From the NCBI RefSeq assembly GCF_001194135.2, contig NC_068994.1:59611184-59662584 (forward strand): DNA of 51,401 bases. Reading direction: 5' to 3'. This DNA comes from Octopus bimaculoides. Lineage: Eukaryota. Within the stretch, counting starts at the first letter, position 1; every line of letters starts with the position of its first letter. The notes under the pieces were generated by a model that worked only from the letters and a program-made list of their open reading frames with translations, was not told where the DNA came from and did no database searches. Position numbers and translations under genes: made by a program. This document shows, piece by piece, positions 45,408 through 51,401 of the stretch.

Positions 45408-45715
45408 TGGAGGCGCAATGGCCCAGTGGTTAGGGCAGTGGACTTGCGGTGGGAGGATCGCGGTTTCAATTCCCAGACATTGTGTGTGTTTATTGAGTGC
45501 AAACACCTAAAGCTCCACGAGGCTCCGGCAGGGGGTGGTGGCGACCCCTGTTGTACTCTTTCATCCCAACTTTCTCTTACTCTTTGTTCCTGTTTCTTGA
45601 GTAACGCTGCGATGGACTGGCATCCCGTCCAGCTGGGGGGAACACATATGCCATAGAAACCAGGAAACTGGGCCCATGAGCCTGGCTAGGCTTGAAAAGA
45701 GTGCATAAATAAAAA
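45408..45715 (+). mobile_element. tRNA-derived SINE with conserved central domain (CTGCGATGGACTGGCATCCCGTCCAG)
   Basis: A-box TGGCCCAGTGG and B-box GGTTTCAATTCCC. The central motif resembles widespread V-SINE/MetaSINE-type domains (from memory, not searched). Confidence 0.7.
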
Positions 45716-46559
45716 TAATGATGTTAATCTACACAAAGACAAATCTACATAGGAATTAGGGCTGGAATAAAGAGAATTAATGTTCTCGGGAAGAAAGATT
45801 GAGGAAAGCAATAAGGAGGAGGGCAAAGTTGTATGCAAAGCCAGGTAGAGTTAGATGAAGAATGAGGTAACGGTGTATGAGGTGCAGGATGAAATTATCA
45901 ATGCATTGTTAACCCTTCTATCATGGCCCAAATTCAAAGGAAAACTTGACTTCAACGGTGGGATCTAATGAAACAGTTCACTGTACCCTTGCTGCTCACA
46001 AGGGTCACACATCTCACCCTGGTTCTTTAGAACTTAATCCTCCACAACTATCAATATAGGATTGAGGGAATAAGATAGAAGAGTTGAGAGGAAGGATTAT
46101 ATATTCCTCAAAATGAAATCACACATCAATACATATTATTCTCTGCTCTACAGACATGTTGTTTCACTCTTCTCTCTATCTACCTTTCTTTTTCACTGTT
46201 TATCTTTCTGTCTGTCTGTCACTCTCCCTCTCTCCCTCTGTCTATCTTACCTACCTACCTACCTCTCTCCATCCCTCCCTCCCTGCTACTGCAGTACTCT
46301 TGTCTCCTAATTGCTGCCATACCATCTCCTCTCAAGCACTCATAACTCGTCTCTTTATCTTTCATCACCAATAATGTTTTTTTCTTTAACTATGAACTTT
46401 CTTAGTCAGAAGACTCCCACCCTTCCATGCCTCACACTCTCGATTCAGTCAGTTGCCCCAGAACTTTGGTTCTTTGGAATTCCATCCTTACCAGTGGATT
46501 TTTTTCAGCTATCAGTCCAATAGAAACATGAACTGCTGCATCAGTATTGATTCCAAATT

Positions 46560-46745
46560 TTGGCACAGGGCCAGCATTTTTTTTTGTGGGGTGGGGGTGA
46601 GTCGATTACATCAACCCAATACTCAGCTGGTATTAATTTTATTGACCCTGAAAGGGTGAAAGCCAATTTGTCCTTAGAAAGTAAAGACGGACAAAATTCT
46701 ACAAAGCATTTTGTCCAGTCTGCGAAAGAGTCGGTCTGCTCGCCT
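46560..46745 (-). mobile_element. Further SINE-like repeat (family D), diverged
   Basis: GAGTCGATTACATCAACCC..TACTCAGCTGG...TTTATTGACCC motif, also seen at 38255-38300 and ~47345-47455. Confidence 0.45.
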
Positions 46746-47781
46746 CTGTGTCAATATTACTAGTTCTGAAAGGCATTTGGGAGACATAGCCATGGCCCCT
46801 TCCTTCAGGCCAAACAGTTAAAAAGAAAAAGAAATTCAAGAAATCTAAAGGAGCAGAAGAGTCACAGCACCAGAGAAATAGGGTCCACATCCCAGTTGGG
46901 AGTCTCGTAAATGGTGTCAGAAGTTCAGGAGTGAACAGTTGCTTATCAGCTAGATGGCCTGTTGTTCTTGCTTAGCTTCAGATCAACCTTGTTTTGGTGA
47001 ATCAAAGATGTTCCAGATGTTACCATCACATACTTTTTTTAATTTTTGCAGACATGCATCTTGAACTGAATTGTCTAACATTTGTTCTGGAGCCATCATG
47101 CTTTGGAGCCATGATCTTAACAAATAAAAATATGGGTTTCAAATTTTAGCACAAGGCCAGTGAGGAGGTTTAATGAGACTGAAACATGTCTTGAGTTGTA
47201 ACCATCCTGTCAAAGACCAAACACTCCCTCTCCTCCTATTCACATTCTATTTTTAATTTTAATTTATAAATTTCATTTCTTTGGTTTCTTGCTTCAAGTG
47301 TGTCATCACTCTCCTTACTATAATAATGTCTTGCAATCGCATATTATTACAGATTTGGTGGAGGGTGGGGGGACGGTTGAGTGAATTTATATTTATTGAC
47401 TGTGGAGAGATAAAATACTAATTCAGTACTCTGACTGGATTTGAACTCAGAGTCTAAAGTAGACAACAACAATAAAAAAATTTATAATTTCTGTAGTTCA
47501 TTGCTCTTCTATTTCTGCTCCTCCATTAGAACCATTTGAAAATTCAATTAACAATTCCCTGGATACTGGAAATGTGCTCTGCCATAGCACTTGCTGTTTT
47601 AACTCTGTAATTCTTTTAGATCAACATTAAATAGGTTTCCATGTATAGATTTTTATGACATGACACTTTGAGTGGACATCTACCATAAATAATGCAAAAC
47701 ATGGGGTATGTAGATACGGTGTATAGAAATAGTTTCACACACACACACACACACATGCACACACACACATGCACACACACA

Positions 47782-47828
<47 letters not shown>

Positions 47829-48759
47829 AAAAAAGGAGAAACAGAAATTATAGGGAGGGGCAAAAAGAAACAGACTTAAACATATATATGTAAAGGAAGA
47901 GAGAGAGAGAGAGANNNNNNNNNNNNNNNNNNNNNNNNNNNNNNNNNNNNNNNNNNNNNNNNNNNNNNNNNNNNNNNNNNNNNNNNNNNNNNNNNNNNNN
48001 NNNNNNNNNNNNNNNNNNNNNNNNNNNNNNNNNNNNNNNNNNNNNNNNNNNNNNNNNNNNNNNNNNNNNNNNNNNNNNNNNNNNNNNNNNNNNNNNNNNN
48101 NNNNNNNNNNNNNNNNNNNNNNNNNNNNNNNNNNNNNNNNNNNNNNNNNNNNNNNNNNNNNNNNNNNNNNNNNNNNNNNNNNNNNNNNNNNNNNNNNNNN
48201 NNNNNNNNNNNNNNNATATATATATATAGTGAGAGAGAGAGAGAGAGAAATGAGGATGAGTGATAGACAGACACAAACATATACACAGATGCTCACATAC
48301 ACATAAACAACAACTCCGATGCACTCTAACTTTTAATTAAGCACAATATTCTTCTTGTACATTAACATACTTCTATCTACACGCAACCGTCCCCCCAGAT
48401 AATGCCATCTGTTCACACTGTTTCTTAATCTTCCGCACATAGGTGTCAACAACAAGCAACCTAGATACACTATGTCACCCCTGAACTCCCACCTTCAAAC
48501 GAAATCCCTTGAGAATGACTTTCAATGGGTTCACCATAACAGCTAACTCTCTTTCAACAGCATAACGACTGGAATGCTAACCCTATTAAGGACCTCTCAC
48601 CATCTCCCTATAGAAACAACATACAAAAACCCTTGAAATATTTCTATAAATGCTTGGCATCACAGTCTCTGATGATCCCTCGACTTGACTCAACATAACA
48701 TTGTCAAAACTCCATTACGGAGACTAAGATTCCTCTTTAGTGCCAAGAAATTCTTCTCA

Positions 48760-49100
48760 TGGTTCAGGGTTCAGCCCATTGTGTGGAACCTTAGGCAAGG
48801 TCTTCTACTATAGCCCCAGGCTGACCAAAGCCTTGTAAGTGAATTTGGCAGACAGAATGGATAATGATAAAACTGAAAGGAGTCCAGCGTGTGTGTGTGT
48901 GTCTGTTTGTCCCCCATCACCACTTGATAACTGGTGTTGGTTTGTTTATGTCCCCATCACTTAGGAGTTCAGCAAAAGAAACCAATAGAATAATTACTAA
49001 GCTTTAAAAAAAAAGCACGGGGATCAATTCATAAGGAAAAATTCTTCCAAGCGATGCCCCAGTATGGCCACAGTCTAATGACTGATACAAGTAAAACAAA
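48760..49100 (+). mobile_element. SINE family B, near full length
   Basis: Head GGTTCAGGGTTCAGCCC...CCTTAGGCAAGGTCTTCTACTATAGCC, internal (GT)n, tail CCCCAGTATGGCCACAGTCTAATGACTGATACAAGTAAAA. Confidence 0.8.
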
Positions 49101-49461
49101 ATTAAAAGATAAGCCACTTGACTGGTTATTTCTGACCTCAAGAAAGAAAAGTAAAAACTGGGCTCAGCAGGAATTGAACTTGGAAGACAAAACTAGAAAC
49201 TGTTTGGTGGTGGAACATCAAGTTTTCTGCTTCCAGAGAAGAAAACAAAAAAATGGGGGGGATCTGTGGTGTAAGCAGTTTATTTTTTTGCAGTGAGGTC
49301 AAAAGCTGTTATGTTTAGCAAAACTTCAAATTGCATAAAGATTCATAGAGTGGGACAGATTTAGAAATTTATAGATACACTAATATGAGACAGACTGGCA
49401 AATATAGACAGGAGAAGCATACAAGCCAAGCTATAAATATGTGTGTGTGTGTATATATATA

Positions 49462-49492
<31 letters not shown>

Positions 49493-49941
49493 NNNNNNNN
49501 NNNNNNNNNNNNNNNNNNNNNNNNNNNNNNNNNNNNNNNNNNNNNNNNNNNNNNNNNNNNNNNNNNNNNNNNNNNNNNNNNNNNNNNNNNNNNNNNNNNN
49601 NNNNNNNNNNNNNNNNNNNNNNNNNNNNNNNNNNNNNNNNNNNNNNAAAAAAAAAACGAAGATTAAAATTATATTGCATACAAAAATAAGAGGAATGACC
49701 AGCAAAAGTGGACTCCTATATGCTATAAATAGATGCCGAATCATCTAACCACGAAAAAAATATATGTTCTCAGTAAAAATTCAGCGACACAACAGACTGT
49801 AAAAGGGCAAGACAAATGAAAAAATACTAAATAAAAACGATTAACCTACGTACCATGGTTTCACCTGTTAAAATTTACATAAGTAAATATCTGCAGGATT
49901 TTTTTAATATGCTAGACCACTGGTTCAAATTGATTAATATC

Positions 49942-49978
<37 letters not shown>

Positions 49979-50998
49979 CAACTGATAGATAAATGTGGAA
50001 AATAACATCAGACTGGTGCCAATAGCCAAAGGGTGTGCTAGCTAATTTTCTGCTTTACCCATCTTTACACACACACACACACACACATATACCCACATAC
50101 ATGTTGGCTAATGAAGGAGCTTGTACATGGTCGCTAAATATGTTAGAAATAACAACCAAAGTCCCTCAAATCATACCCCTGCTATCTTAAAAAAGAATGT
50201 CTCAGTTGCGTCCATTCTTGTTCTTTTTTAGCCCTGGGTTAGTCCTAAAAAAAGAAACATGATTAAAGACATCCCACTTGTGACCATATCATCTTTTTCT
50301 TCAGCTTTCACTCCAATAAGTGCAGGGTGTGATCTGAGGCAGATTTGGATGCTATTTCTAGCTTCCTCTTTTGGCTAAACTGAAATATTTATAATAAAGC
50401 CAGAGGCTTCAGCTGGTGAAACTACTCAATCGTGTCACGTTTTTAACCCCAGGTCAATCCGTAGTGAGCACAACTACAATCGAAGACATTCCAGCCTTGA
50501 CCATACCATTGATTTATAATATGTCTCGGACTACATTACTCAGTATGTCTTTTCCTTATTTAACACAGTAAAGAGTGATTTAAGAGAAACTGGCTGCACT
50601 TTTTCTAACAAGTTGAGCTACAATATAGGGGTGACAAGTGTAGGGATGGGGTCTGGCAGATTCGGTTGTGGTCCTGTTCAATCACCGATGCATTCAATGT
50701 CAACTCAAGTGTGTGTGTGTGTGTGTGTGTGTTTGTTTTCCAGGTTCTCAGTCAAGAGTGAATGGGAAATTAGTAACCATTTCTGTATGACTGGTAAACT
50801 TTATAATGGAAGTTTCGAATAAGTTCAGGAGACCATTATTGGACATTAATTGGCTGTCCTCCACCCTACTTTCAAGAATTCAAGGTCAGAGAATTGAATC
50901 TGTGACTAATAACCTCAAAGACTAGTTATTCTACCAATGTCATCTCTCATATGACATCCTACACATAATACACATTGGACACCCAACAAAAAGATACT

Positions 50999-51083
<85 letters not shown>

Positions 51084-51209
51084 TTTATTTTCAAGTTGAA
51101 AAACATAAAACTTTTGAAACAAACTCGCGATGCAAGTGTGAAGAGTCTGTAAATGTTTGTTATCTTAAATGCTGTCTACTTTTTTTTATCACAATGTATG
51201 TATGTATAG

Positions 51210-51385
51210 CACTCACTACACTCTCAGAGTAGTTGGCATTAGGAAGGGCATCTAGCTGTAGAAACTCTGCCAAATCAGATTGGAGCCTGGTGTAGCCACC
51301 TGGTTCACCAGTCCTCAGTCAAATCGTCCAACCCATGCTAGCATGGAAAGTGGATGTTAAACGACGACGATGATGATGATGATGT
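51210..51385 (+). mobile_element. Repeat family C 3' part with (GAT)n tail
   Basis: Direct similarity to 36545-36712. Confidence 0.75.
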
Positions 51386-51401
51386 GTATATATATATACA
51401 T

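Noticed and set aside
42750-51401. Search for a further gene upstream of the transferrin
   Set aside because: Only SINEs, microsatellites, gaps and short ORFs without recognisable domains or consistent exon chains.

Overview
Eukaryotic, AT-rich, microsatellite- and SINE-dense genomic DNA with 12 assembly gaps. The repeat landscape suggests an octopus/cephalopod scaffold (inference). Two intron-containing genes face each other tail-to-tail. (1) The 3' part of an arginase lies on + (exons 2006-2274, 3496-3552, 4270-gap, last exon 20178-20314); the DxD-motif exon is not visible and probably lies in a gap. (2) A complete 14-exon, ~751-aa, signal-peptide plus GPI-tailed melanotransferrin-like gene lies on - (40497..25821), assembled by hand with GT-AG junctions and a continuous frame. 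Neither of its lobes keeps the canonical iron/carbonate ligand set. The rest is introns and intergenic DNA with decayed CR1-, RTE-, CRE-, Penelope-, Tc1/mariner- and Helentron-like remnants and several tRNA-derived SINE families. Most notable: the ligand-altered transferrin; a 1.3-kb ORF1-only retroelement inserted with a 15-bp target-site duplication into the tRNA-like head of a SINE; a 3' hairpin and tail shared by a SINE and a CR1-like LINE; and perfect hairpins in introns of both genes. No prokaryotic systems, CRISPR arrays, rRNA or genuine tRNA genes were seen.
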